Assembly: GCA_951813565.1 (NCBI GenBank)
Contig: OX638351.1
Location: 3,680,001-3,744,000, forward strand
Origin: an uncultured Poribacteria bacterium
GTDB taxonomy: Bacteria > Poribacteria > WGA-4E > WGA-3G
Direction: 5' to 3'
DNA length: 64,000 nucleotides
The translations under genes were made by a program, and so were the position numbers. Below are positions 21,334 to 31,700 of the stretch, piece after piece. The notes under the pieces are model-generated. The model saw only the letters and a list, made by a program, of their open reading frames with translations. It was not told the origin of the DNA and did no database searches. Position 1 is the stretch's first letter; each line of letters starts with the position of its first letter.

Positions 21334-22267
21334 CTTGTTTCTCCTCTTCAACAACAGTAAACTCACAGATAGCATGTCGAAAAACTACGACCTTAGAACC
21401 GTTTTTCAACACCATTTTGATTTCATACGGACTGATCCAGTCAACTGTGCCTTGAAAAATTTCGCCTTCACGAAGGATTATTTCAATTGAATTCCCATCT
21501 TTCCGAGCGTGCCGAATTGTTTCTGGATCAATGATATATCCTTCATCTTGAGAGAGAGCGGGTTTGAGTTGTTTCGCTTTAATGTCTTCATTATAGCGAA
21601 GAAGCGCAATTACGTTTTCTGCGTCAACGTCCTTATAGCAATACTTCACCTCAGTTTTTGGTACAATTTTTTCCTTACCGTTACAATTAAGTGTTAATCC
21701 TGAAAGCGTCATTTCTAACACAATAGCAGGCAATTGTACATCATTATAAAGCGCAAAAAACATCGGTGTTTCAAAATTAATTTGCTTAAGGATATATAGG
21801 TCACCGAAACTAAGTTGTCTGGAAGTTTGTTCCTTCTCTTCTGTTACCGTTTCGGTTTGTGTGGTAGAACTTTCACTTTGAGGTCGTTTTCGCGATTGTT
21901 CTTGTGTATATTTAGCATTCGTATTAGAATCCTTGTCCTTTGTTTTATCGGAAAACGACTTATCTTCATCAAAGAACTGATCCTGATTTTGGGCTGGAAA
22001 TCCAGAGTAGCCGCGTGGAATAATAGTTTTACCTTGTCGTAACCACCTTCGTTCTGTCGGTGTTAGCAACACTTCAACGTTTTTAGCGACTAAACCTTTT
22101 TCGCCTTCAACAACGCTATACTTTACGCGTTGCCCAACCCGAAGTTCCTCGTATTCTGCATACTTAATCGCGGAACTATGTAAGAAGACATCTTCCTCAC
22201 TGCTATCTTGTGCGATAAATCCGAATCCTTTATCCAAATTGTAATACTTAATTCGTCCTGTAGGCAT
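21317..22267 (-). CDS. Cold-shock-domain protein with two C-terminal Hfq/Sm-like domains
   Basis: N-terminal KGFGFI/VFLH RNP motifs; C-terminal VVFRHAICEF resembles Hfq YKHAIST. Confidence 0.8.
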   Translation of the reverse strand: MPTGRIKYYNLDKGFGFIAQDSSEEDVFLHSSAIKYAEYEELRVGQRVKYSVVEGEKGLVAKNVEVLLTPTERRWLRQGKTIIPRGYSGFPAQNQDQFFDEDKSFSDKTKDKDSNTNAKYTQEQSRKRPQSESSTTQTETVTEEKEQTSRQLSFGDLYILKQINFETPMFFALYNDVQLPAIVLEMTLSGLTLNCNGKEKIVPKTEVKYCYKDVDAENVIALLRYNEDIKAKQLKPALSQDEGYIIDPETIRHARKDGNSIEIILREGEIFQGTVDWISPYEIKMVLKNGSKVVVFRHAICEFTVVEEEKQDGNAT

Positions 22268-22692
22268 TATCTGCTCCTGGGTTTTTCCTCCGCATCGGGA
22301 AGATGCCTATAACCATTCGCGTTCCTGCGCCCAGCATTTAATTGTGGCTGCCTCAAAATGATTAAAAATCTGAAAACAACAAAATAGTACACAACGAGAA
22401 TTTGCCTCGCAACTGAATTGTATGTTTCTTTTGACATAACAACACTTTTTATCTATAATGTAAGCATAGACGTTCTGAACGTTTAAACGTAAATGTCTAC
22501 TTTTTTCTATATCGAATCTTGCTGGAAACAAGAAAACATTTCAAGGCATACTATAGTACATCATAATCTAATGTATTTGTCAAGTATGATTTTTTATTTA
22601 ACATAATTATTCCATAATTCAACCACTTTGACGGAAAACAACTTTCCACCTTGCCCGACCACTACACTGCATCTTAGGAAACAACAAACTAA

Positions 22693-22860
22693 TACCATTT
22701 CTATTTGATCGCCTTTCATTTACAAAAAACACGTTTGTAGTCGCGCAATTCATTGCCAAATCAACGCCAAATGCGCGTTTGGCATTTGGCGCCTCGGACA
22801 TTCTTCAACTCAGCTTGAACCGATAATTTCACAATGAAGTCTCATTTTTGAGAAATGGTA
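22693..22860. mobile_element. MITE, inverted copy of 307-494, TAA target duplication
   Basis: TAA|taccatttct...agaaatggta|TAA. Confidence 0.8.
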
Positions 22861-22863
22861 TAA

Positions 22864-23088
22864 TACCAAATTACCCTAAATCGTAGGGGCGGGTCTCTGT
22901 GCCCGCCCTTACCATCGGCAATGAAAACAATGCAATTCTCGTTAATTTGGTATAAGATGTCGCGAGCTGGAGCTCGCTCCTACAGGAAGAAGGAAGTAAT
23001 ACCAAATTACCCTAAATCGTAGGGGCGGGTCTCTGTGCCCGCCCTTACCATCGGCAATGAAAACAATGCAATTCTCGTTAATTTGGTA
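22864..23088. mobile_element. Two identical 89-bp MITEs (22864-22952 and 23000-23088) with TACCAAATT termini and TAA duplications, each carrying a GTAGGGGCGGG REP
   Basis: Direct comparison of the two copies; a further REP lies between them. Confidence 0.85.
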
Positions 23089-23138
23089 TAACTCATTCCT
23101 AACGCCTACTATTCAAAAGTCTACATAAGGAGAATTTC

Positions 23139-24428
23139 ATGGCAACAGATTTGACACATCACATTCAGTCTATCCGTTTAGTTGATACACATGAACACAT
23201 GCGGCGTGAAAACGACTGGGTAGAGAATGGTCCCGATATCTTGCAAGACCTATTCGGAAATTATGTGCCAGCAGACCTACATACCGCCGGTGCTACGCCA
23301 CAGGCAATGGAAAATCTGATGGACTCATCTAAAGACATCAAGTCACGGTTTGAAGGTGTCCGAGAAGCATGGGAAGCGACACAATTTACTGGATACGGCG
23401 AAGCAGTCAGTCTTATCGCTAAACATATCTACGGACTTGACGAACTGACTGGTGATGGACTTGCTCAGGCACAAGATAAACTCAAGACAATTCGCACTCC
23501 CGGAAAACGTTATCATATTTTACACGACCTTGCGAATTTAGACCATATCCAAACAGATGATTTCAGCTGGCCGTGTACCCTCGACACCTCTGGCCCCGAT
23601 TTTTTCTTATACGATCTTTCATGGGCAACTTTCTGCAATGGTCAAATTGATCCGAATGCTATCCATGCTGAAACGGGTATTGAAGTCAAGGACCTCGCGT
23701 CGTTGAAAAGCGGCATGGAGGCGATTTTTGCCAAACATGCCTCCTGCGCAATCGCAGTAAAAGCACAACACGCTTACAACCGTACACTTCACTGGATCGA
23801 ACGGAGTGATGCCGATGCTTCCGCAGCGCTCAATGCAGTGCTAATAAAACCAGCCAAAGAAATTGATGAAGCAACACGTCTTTGTCTTGGCGATTGGTGT
23901 TGGGCACGTGGTGTTGAACTCACAATTGAACACAATCTCCCGTTCAAAATACATACTGGCTACTATGCAGGCAACAATCGGATGCCGTTAAGCCGTATTC
24001 CAGCAGGCAATATGTGTGCCTTATTTGCTCGCTATCTGGATGCAAAGTTTGTTCTAATGCACATTGCATATCCCTACAACGATGAATTGGTAGCACTTGC
24101 AAAGCACTATCGCAACATTTGGGTTGATTTTTGCTGGGCATGGAGTATAGACCCTTATAGTTCGCGCGATTTTTTGCGTCGGTGCATTCATGCGGTACCA
24201 TCAAATAAGTTGTTTGCCTTTGGAGGCGATACTGGATGGCCTACAAGTGCAATGGCTTATGCAATTCAGGCACGAAACGAAATTCGACGTGCGCTTGAAG
24301 CCGAAATAGCAGATGGATATCTTACCGAAAAACAAGCGATGACGTTTGCTACGCAGATTATGCATACAAATCAGTACGCTTGCTTTGATGTCAACGGCAC
24401 CCGTGCTAATATTGCCAAAGCAGCATAG
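23139..24428 (+). CDS. Amidohydrolase superfamily protein (uronate-isomerase-like)
   Basis: VDTHEH, KIHTG, LMHIAYPY, FAFGGD. Confidence 0.85.
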   Translation: MATDLTHHIQSIRLVDTHEHMRRENDWVENGPDILQDLFGNYVPADLHTAGATPQAMENLMDSSKDIKSRFEGVREAWEATQFTGYGEAVSLIAKHIYGLDELTGDGLAQAQDKLKTIRTPGKRYHILHDLANLDHIQTDDFSWPCTLDTSGPDFFLYDLSWATFCNGQIDPNAIHAETGIEVKDLASLKSGMEAIFAKHASCAIAVKAQHAYNRTLHWIERSDADASAALNAVLIKPAKEIDEATRLCLGDWCWARGVELTIEHNLPFKIHTGYYAGNNRMPLSRIPAGNMCALFARYLDAKFVLMHIAYPYNDELVALAKHYRNIWVDFCWAWSIDPYSSRDFLRRCIHAVPSNKLFAFGGDTGWPTSAMAYAIQARNEIRRALEAEIADGYLTEKQAMTFATQIMHTNQYACFDVNGTRANIAKAA

Positions 24429-24533
24429 TGCTACTGAGCTTACAATTAAATCTAAAAGTACCGATACATTTTCGGTGCTTGTAGTCGCGCAATTCATCGC
24501 GCCTCTTACATTTACAGTAATGCGTTGAAATTA

Positions 24534-24643
24534 TAGTAAAATTCACAATTACCTTTACATTGGCGAGGTTAGGAAACCTCGCCAGCGCATGCGTGTGGGA
24601 ATTGCTGTTCATTGAAATGTGAACATATTATTGGATTTTACTA
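24534..24643. mobile_element. IS630-type MITE, TA-flanked, carrying a REP-like hairpin
   Basis: TA|tagtaaaattcacaatta...tattattggattttacta|TA; termini resemble those of the IS630 element at 48392. Confidence 0.7.
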
Positions 24644-24693
24644 TAAAAGTGGACCGAAATATATTCATAATTATGTGTTTTCTATAAACGTAA

Positions 24694-25734
24694 TTACGAG
24701 TCGCGCAATTCCTTCAAGCTTTCTGTATAAGGCGCGTGTGCTACACCCTTTTCGGTAATAATTGCCGTGACTAATGAAGCTGGTGTAACGTCAAAAGCAG
24801 GGCTATAGACCTTTACACCCTTAGGTGCGGTCAACTTGCCGAAGCCTTCTGTCACCTCTTCTGCTGAACGTTGCTCAATCGGAATCTCTGCACCGGTTGC
24901 CAGTGCAAAATCTAACGTTGATGTCGGGGCAGCGACATAAAAAGGGATGTCGTGTGCCTGTGCAAGAATGGCAACATTATAGGTGCCGATTTTGTTCGCA
25001 GTGTCTCCGTTTGCAGCAATCCGATCTGCACCAACAATAACGCACTGGATTTTACCCTCTTTCATAACTTGCGCAGCCATATTATCACAGATAAGTGTTA
25101 CGTCAATGCCTGCTTGCATTAGTTCCCACGTTGTAAGGCGTGCACCTTGTAACAAGGGGCGTGTCTCATCAGCGTAAACCTGAATCTGCTTACCAGCTTC
25201 GTGTGCACTGAACATTACGGCTAACGCTGTGCCGTAGTCGGACGTGGCTAATCCACCAGCATTACAATGCGTCAAAATCGTATCGTTTTCATTGAGCAAT
25301 GCCATACCGTGTTGCCCAATAGCACGGCACATCGCTTTATCCTCTTCAATAATTTTCTCTGCCTCTGCAAGCAGTACCGCTTTGAGTTCAGAGACAGAAA
25401 GATGACTATTTTCTTCAGCTGTTTTTGTAATTCTATCAAGTGCCCAAAAGAGATTAACAGCTGTTGGTCGGGACGTTGCAAGATAATCGGTTGCAGATTT
25501 TAGTTCTGCTGCAAATGTTTCATAAGTTTTCGCAGTGGAATTCCATATCCCAAGCACTGCACCCAATGCCCCAGCGATGCCAATTGCGGGCGCACCTCGG
25601 ACGCGCAATGATTTAATCGCCTCCCAAATAGATGGGAGGTCATCACAATAAATCTGTTTGAATTCATTGGGCAACAGTGTTTGATCTATTAACTTAATCC
25701 TACCGTCTGCCCATTCAATTGTTGAAACTGCCAT
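24694..25734 (-). CDS. mtnA: S-methyl-5-thioribose-1-phosphate isomerase
   Basis: VRGAPAIG, SRPTAVNL, THCNAG.LAT, ETRP.LQGARLT, ANKIGTY. Confidence 0.96.
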   Translation of the reverse strand: MAVSTIEWADGRIKLIDQTLLPNEFKQIYCDDLPSIWEAIKSLRVRGAPAIGIAGALGAVLGIWNSTAKTYETFAAELKSATDYLATSRPTAVNLFWALDRITKTAEENSHLSVSELKAVLLAEAEKIIEEDKAMCRAIGQHGMALLNENDTILTHCNAGGLATSDYGTALAVMFSAHEAGKQIQVYADETRPLLQGARLTTWELMQAGIDVTLICDNMAAQVMKEGKIQCVIVGADRIAANGDTANKIGTYNVAILAQAHDIPFYVAAPTSTLDFALATGAEIPIEQRSAEEVTEGFGKLTAPKGVKVYSPAFDVTPASLVTAIITEKGVAHAPYTESLKELRDS

Positions 25735-25940
25735 TTTTGCGTTAGTATCCTCCTCTTATAGTGAAACCCATAATTATTTTTACGTTCTTATTCTTATGTG
25801 GATTTCAAACACAAGATAAATTTAAGAGGCGCAATGAATTGCGCGACTACAAACACCGCTAACCGTCAGAAACGAAATTGCTGGATTATCTCTTGTAGGA
25901 AGGTTTACAAAGCTTTCCACCACCCCTGGTAGGCGCGTTT

Positions 25941-26850
25941 TGTAAACGCGCCGTTTATTGTGTCTTAGGTCTGGGCCCGGCGCGTTTACAAAACACCAAA
26001 TCAACGCTATGAATGCCTTTATGGCATTCCCCGTATGGCATGCTGCCAAATCAACGCAGCATGCGCCAAATCAAGAAATCAACGGTATGAATCATGGCGA
26101 ATCATGTAGAATACCAAAAGCGTATTCTACCAAGCGCATTCGTCTTTAGTCATTCACCGGGTATGAATGCCTTATGGCATTCCCCGTATGGCATTTGTCG
26201 GGACTAAAGAGTGTGTCCGCAACGTTTTCTATAAACATATCGTCCCTACGGGACTAAGGAAAATACCGAATTTATTTTTTAATCTTCATGTAAACGCGCC
26301 GTTTATTGTGTCTTAGGTCTGGGTCCGGCGCGTTTACAAAACACCAAATCAACGCTATGAATGCCTTATACCAAATTCATTTGATTCATCGTCTTTACAT
26401 ACCGCTCCGCTGGAGCGGAAGACAGAAAACTCCACGTGCTATAAACATACCGCTCCGCTGGAGCGGAAGAGTAGAAAAAACACTGGAAAAACAAGACGAA
26501 TTCCGTTAATTTGGTATTATGGCATTCCCCGTATGGCATGCTGCCAAATCAACGCAGCATGCGCCAAATCAACGCTATGAATGCCTTATGGCATTCCCCG
26601 TCCGGCATGCTGCCAAATCAACGCAGCATGCGCCAAATCAACGCTATGAATGCCTTATGGCATTCCCCGTCCGGCATTCATCCAAATCAACGCAGCATGC
26701 GCGTATGGCATGCTGCCAAATCAACGCTGAATGCGCGTGTAGGCATTCAGCGGGGTTGAAAACCCGCCAAATGCCAAAAAGCGCATTTGGCGTTGATTCA
26801 CTCCCACAAGAAAGTGTATTCTTAAGTTGACACTTATGGGTAGAGCGAAA
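25941..26850. repeat. Composite nested hairpin/MITE repeat region including a 69-bp tandem unit
   Basis: Direct repeat starting at 25941 and 26289; 69-bp period from 26517; several AATCAAC hairpins. Confidence 0.85.
26369..26516. mobile_element. MITE with TACCAAATT termini and TTA duplication, inserted in a hairpin loop
   Basis: gaatgcc TTA|taccaaatt...aatttggta|TTA tggcattc; uninterrupted allele at about 26011-26030. Confidence 0.85.
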
Positions 26851-26888
26851 CACACACCCATCAAATCCATAACTCATCTTTGCGATCA

Positions 26889-28526
26889 TCAAATTGGGCA
26901 GGTCAACTGACCAAGTTCATTCGTTAACCGAAGGTTTTCAGCATAATTTACCGGACAATCAATAACCGAAGGCACATTTTGACTGAATGCATCTTTTAAT
27001 ATTGGAACAAGCTCGTCGCTGCCTTCAACTCGATAACCTTTAGCTCCAAAAGCATCTGCGTACTTGACAAAATCAGGATTTGTGAAATCAATGTATGCTG
27101 GCCTACCAAAACCGTTCATCTGTTTCCATTCAATCAGTCCATAAGCTTCATCGTTGAAGATGAGTGTAACAAACGGCACACCTGTTCGTGTAGCCGTTTC
27201 AAGTTCCTGAGAGTTCATCAAGAATCCACCATCACCGCACACGGCGAGACATTTCCGCTCCGGATAGATGAGTTTTGCTACGAAAGCACCCGGAACAGCG
27301 ATGCCCATAGACGCAAACCCATTTGAAATAATGCATGTATTCGGTTGAGAACACGGATACATACGGGCAATCCACATTTTATGTGCACCAACATCGGAGA
27401 TGAGTATATCGTCTTCTGCGAGTACGGAACGGATATCGCTTAAGATTTTTTGCGGTTTCATCGGGAACTCTTTATCATCGCGATGCTCAGTAAGTTGATC
27501 GAGAATTATTTTCCGCAAGGTGTTTGAAGCATACTCAGAATCTTTTGGATAAATTTCTTGTGCCATTAAATGCCTGATACTCTGTCTAATATTCCCCACC
27601 ATTTCCACATCAGTAACATAAGATGCATCGCTTTCGCTCGGTTCTGTATCAATATGGATCAGTTTTTTGTCGTGATTAGGATTCCATAAGCGCGGATGGT
27701 ATTCCACAATATCGTACCCGATAGCGATGACGAGGTCTGCCCGGTCGAACCCGCATGAGACAAAATCGTTTGCTTGAAGTCCAACGCTGAGGAGGGAGAG
27801 TCGGTGCGTCCACGGAATGCTGCCTTTGCCCATAAAAGTGTGCGCGACAGGGATATTTGTCATCTCGGCAAATTGCGTTAGAATTCGAGAAGCATTTTGG
27901 CGAACAACGCCATTCCCTGCAAGGATAATCGGTTGTTTTGCATCATTGATCAGTTGTGCTGCCCGTTGGAGACAGGACACCACAGGCTCTGCTTCACTGG
28001 GGAAATCATGCCGCATAGGTTCGGCTTCTATTTGCATCTTTGCCACGTCTTCTGGCAAGTCAATGTGTGTTGCGCCAGGTTTTTCACCTACTGCAGTTTT
28101 GAAGGCTTTGCTGATTGATTCAGGAATAATTTCAGGTAGATGAACAAGCGTATTCCATTTTGTCATCGGTTTGAAGACTGAAACCACGTCCATGTATTGA
28201 TGCGATTCTTTGTGCATTCTGTCTAAACTCGCTTGCCCTGTGATAGCAACGAGAGGTGCTCTATCCATATTCGCATCAGCAACACCAGTTACAAGGTTCA
28301 TTGCACCGGGGCCAAGTGTAGCAAGACATACTCCTGCCCTACCAGTTAGACGACCGTAGACATCTGCCATGAATGCGGCACCGCGTTCATCGCGTGTTTG
28401 AATGAATTGGATCTTGGATTCTAACAGAGCATCCATCAAATCCATATTCTCTTCACCCGGTATTCCAAAAATATATTCAACGTCCTCATTCTCCAAACAT
28501 TTCACAATCAGTTCTGATGCTTTCAT
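26889..28526 (-). CDS. Acetolactate synthase large subunit (ThDP-dependent)
   Basis: FGIPGEEN, TLGPGA.N, GDGGFLMNSQE ThDP motif; AGGAG RBS. Confidence 0.93.
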   Translation of the reverse strand: MKASELIVKCLENEDVEYIFGIPGEENMDLMDALLESKIQFIQTRDERGAAFMADVYGRLTGRAGVCLATLGPGAMNLVTGVADANMDRAPLVAITGQASLDRMHKESHQYMDVVSVFKPMTKWNTLVHLPEIIPESISKAFKTAVGEKPGATHIDLPEDVAKMQIEAEPMRHDFPSEAEPVVSCLQRAAQLINDAKQPIILAGNGVVRQNASRILTQFAEMTNIPVAHTFMGKGSIPWTHRLSLLSVGLQANDFVSCGFDRADLVIAIGYDIVEYHPRLWNPNHDKKLIHIDTEPSESDASYVTDVEMVGNIRQSIRHLMAQEIYPKDSEYASNTLRKIILDQLTEHRDDKEFPMKPQKILSDIRSVLAEDDILISDVGAHKMWIARMYPCSQPNTCIISNGFASMGIAVPGAFVAKLIYPERKCLAVCGDGGFLMNSQELETATRTGVPFVTLIFNDEAYGLIEWKQMNGFGRPAYIDFTNPDFVKYADAFGAKGYRVEGSDELVPILKDAFSQNVPSVIDCPVNYAENLRLTNELGQLTCPI

Positions 28527-28729
28527 GGTATTACTCCTGAGCACAGCGATAAAAGTTGTTTTTCCTACGCGGATTCAATACAATTAACTATAACAGATTA
28601 AATTTGAAATTGCAATTTTATTGGTTCGTAATAACGCATTCATCACCATTTAAGATTACATTTTACTTTTCTGAAGAAAAAACAGTAGGTTCACAACAAA
28701 AAGGATTAAACGGAAGGTTTTGCTAATCT

Positions 28730-31700
28730 ATGAGGAATTATTCTATTTATTTTTATTTTATTATACTTCTAATATGTTTGCTGAGTAGTATCACGACCAA
28801 GGCTTCAGAACAAATTATCGGTTCATCTCAAACCGATTCAGATTCACATAATCTCTATGAGATAACCCACACACCAAGAGAACTCGTTGTCCGTTTACAT
28901 TCCACTACCTCTTTTGTGCAGTTCAGGGCATTCAGCAAAAAATTAGGTGCAGCATCCGTTTCCCCTGTTTTTCCTCCAACTACTCCTGCGGGGCGACATC
29001 CGTTGCTCAATCGTATTTATCTCGTCCGATTTCCTACCATTTCGCAGTTAGAACAGTTGAAGCAAAAGTATGCGGAACATGCATTAGTTGAAGACGTTGA
29101 AATGAACAGACTCAACCGGTTCTGTGCAGAGACGATCCCTAACGACCCACGATATAATGAACAGTGGAATCTGAAGGCGATGAATTTGCCAAAAGCATGG
29201 CGCATTGAACAGGGAAAACCAAATGTGGTTGTAGCAGTTGTGGATAGCGGTATAAAGAAAGAACATCCTGAGTTTCGTAATCAGCTTTGGCGGAACCATG
29301 GCGAAATTGCTGATAATGGCATTGATGACGATGGAAACGGCTACATTGACGATATTAACGGGTGGGATTTTAGCGATGCACCCACACTCCCAGGACACGG
29401 TGATTGGAAAGAGCGCGATAACGAACCCGATGATGAGACGGGGCACGGCACACATGTTTCTGGAATTATCGCTGCGGAGACAAATAACGGTCTCGGAATT
29501 GCTGGGATCGCTTGGCAGTGTCGTCTGATGCCGCTACGAGCGGGATTTCGGATTGGTGCAGGCGCGTTCCTACAAAATGATGATGTCGCTGCAGCTATTG
29601 TTTATGCCGCTGATAACGGTGCTGATGTTATCAATCTGAGTTTAGGGGATACTGTGAACGCATTTTTAATTCAAGATGCAGTTGATTACGCCTACAATCG
29701 CGGGTGTATCCTTGTTGGTGCTGCCGGAAATTCGCCGGAGCCAGGAGCGTATTATCCTGCTGCGTTGAACACCGTCCTATCTGTTGCTTCGCTGGATAGA
29801 AATCTCCAATTGGGAAACTCCAATTTCGGTGCATCAATAGATATCGCTGCACCAGGTGAAGAAATTTTGAGCACGGATCTCAATACTGGTCAATCTTCTC
29901 CTGGATACGGATATAATTACCGATCTGGCACTTCAATGGCTGCAGCGCATATCTCTGGTGTCGTGGCGTTGTTGGTTTCTGCGAATCCATCGTGCAGCCA
30001 TACAGAAATTCAGCAATGGTTGACGGGTACGGCGAGAGAACTGTCCATAACACATCTCGTGGGAGCAGGACTTGTTGATGCCTACGCTGCATTGACAGAA
30101 CATATCGGACTCACCGCGCATATTACTATTACACCGCCCTCGCAAACTGAAGTATCAGGGAATAACAGCACGATTGAGATTTTTGGGAGTGCTGGAGGCT
30201 CTGGATTTACACAATATTGGCTTGAATACGGTGTTACCGAAACACCTGACCTCTGGTTTCGTATAGGGTTTCCGCAAACCGAACCGAAGTATAACACCGT
30301 TCTTCACGAGTGGGATACCTCAGCGTTGGAGGAAGGCACTTACACATTACGTCTTAGCGTTAAGGCTAAAGATGGAAAATCTATCAGAGACAAAATAGTT
30401 GTTGAAATCTATCATACGCTTCCCCGAATTTCCAAACATGAAGCAGGGATATGGCTTTCAGGAAACTATTATGATACGACTATTATTTGGCAGACAGATG
30501 TGCTAACTGCTGGGGCAGTTGAAATCTTTTCAAAAACAGAAAATCACACAATTATATCCAATAATTCACCGCTACGGGTTGCGCGTTCGGATTCGGTGAA
30601 TCTTCAGCATATCGTTTATTTGTCCGAGTTAGGGTTACCGTCAGGTGAATACATGTACCGTCTGAAGACACAAAACCAAACTGGGGTTATACGGATTGAT
30701 GATAATGAGAGGCAATTATATCCGATTACAGTGCGCGACGAACAAATTCAACCATCTCATCTACTTCAAACAACGTCTGCACAGTTCGGTTTGCACGGGA
30801 TTGTAACATCTAAAGATATAAACGGAAATGGGAAGTTAGAACTGATCGCTGTCGAAACAGGCACATCTTCTACCCATGTTTTTGAAACAGATCAAAATGG
30901 AAATCCAGTAATGATTTTTTTATTAAATCAACCAGTATCGCGACTATGGGCAACCGCAGACACAGATGGTGATGGACTCATAGAACTTTTAGCCAACGAA
31001 TCAGAAGATACATTTTTATTAGAACAATCTGCACCAGGGCAATTCCCGAACGTGCGAATCTGGGATGCTGAGGGAATTTGGGGTGGAACGATCGCGGATT
31101 TGGATTTGGACGGTAAACCAGAAATCTTTTCACGTCATGATGCCACAGATTCTATCTGGGTCTACGAATCAGACGCAAATAACAGTCATAACAACATTGC
31201 AATACTTGAAAATCCAACGCAAGGAAAAAACAAGATTCCAACAAGATTCGCCACGGGTGATTTTGATGCGGATGGACAGAGAGAAATTTTAGCGGGAGAT
31301 AATGATGGCTCACTATTTATATATGAAAATGTGGGAAATAACCAATACCAACAAACGTGGATTGGCACACTTCCGGATGTTATACCGCATCTTTTTGCCG
31401 CGGGAGATTTGGACGGTGATGACATCCCAGAATTTGTTGTTGGTGCAAAGGTTTGGACAACAGAATTTGATCTTCCGCGTCAACATTGGCTTTTTACAAT
31501 TTTCACATCAAACGGCAACGATTCCTATGATATAGTATGGCATCAACGAATTCGCGAACTTCAAGATGGTGAAAGTGGAATAACAATTGCGGACGCTAAC
31601 AACGATGGTAGAAATGAATTGTGTATCGCTGTTTCCCCAAACTTTTACCTCGTTCAATATGATGGGATTACTTTCCGTCCTATTTGGCATCATCCCGCAA

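Noticed and set aside
26517..26720. Possible CRISPR array
   Set aside because: The 69-bp units are repeated in full with no unique spacers, and there are no cas genes; explained by tandem nested hairpins
25822..26892. Short ORFs with 23-aa repeats in the ORF track
   Set aside because: Translations of the DNA repeats in several frames and both strands, without RBS; not credible genes
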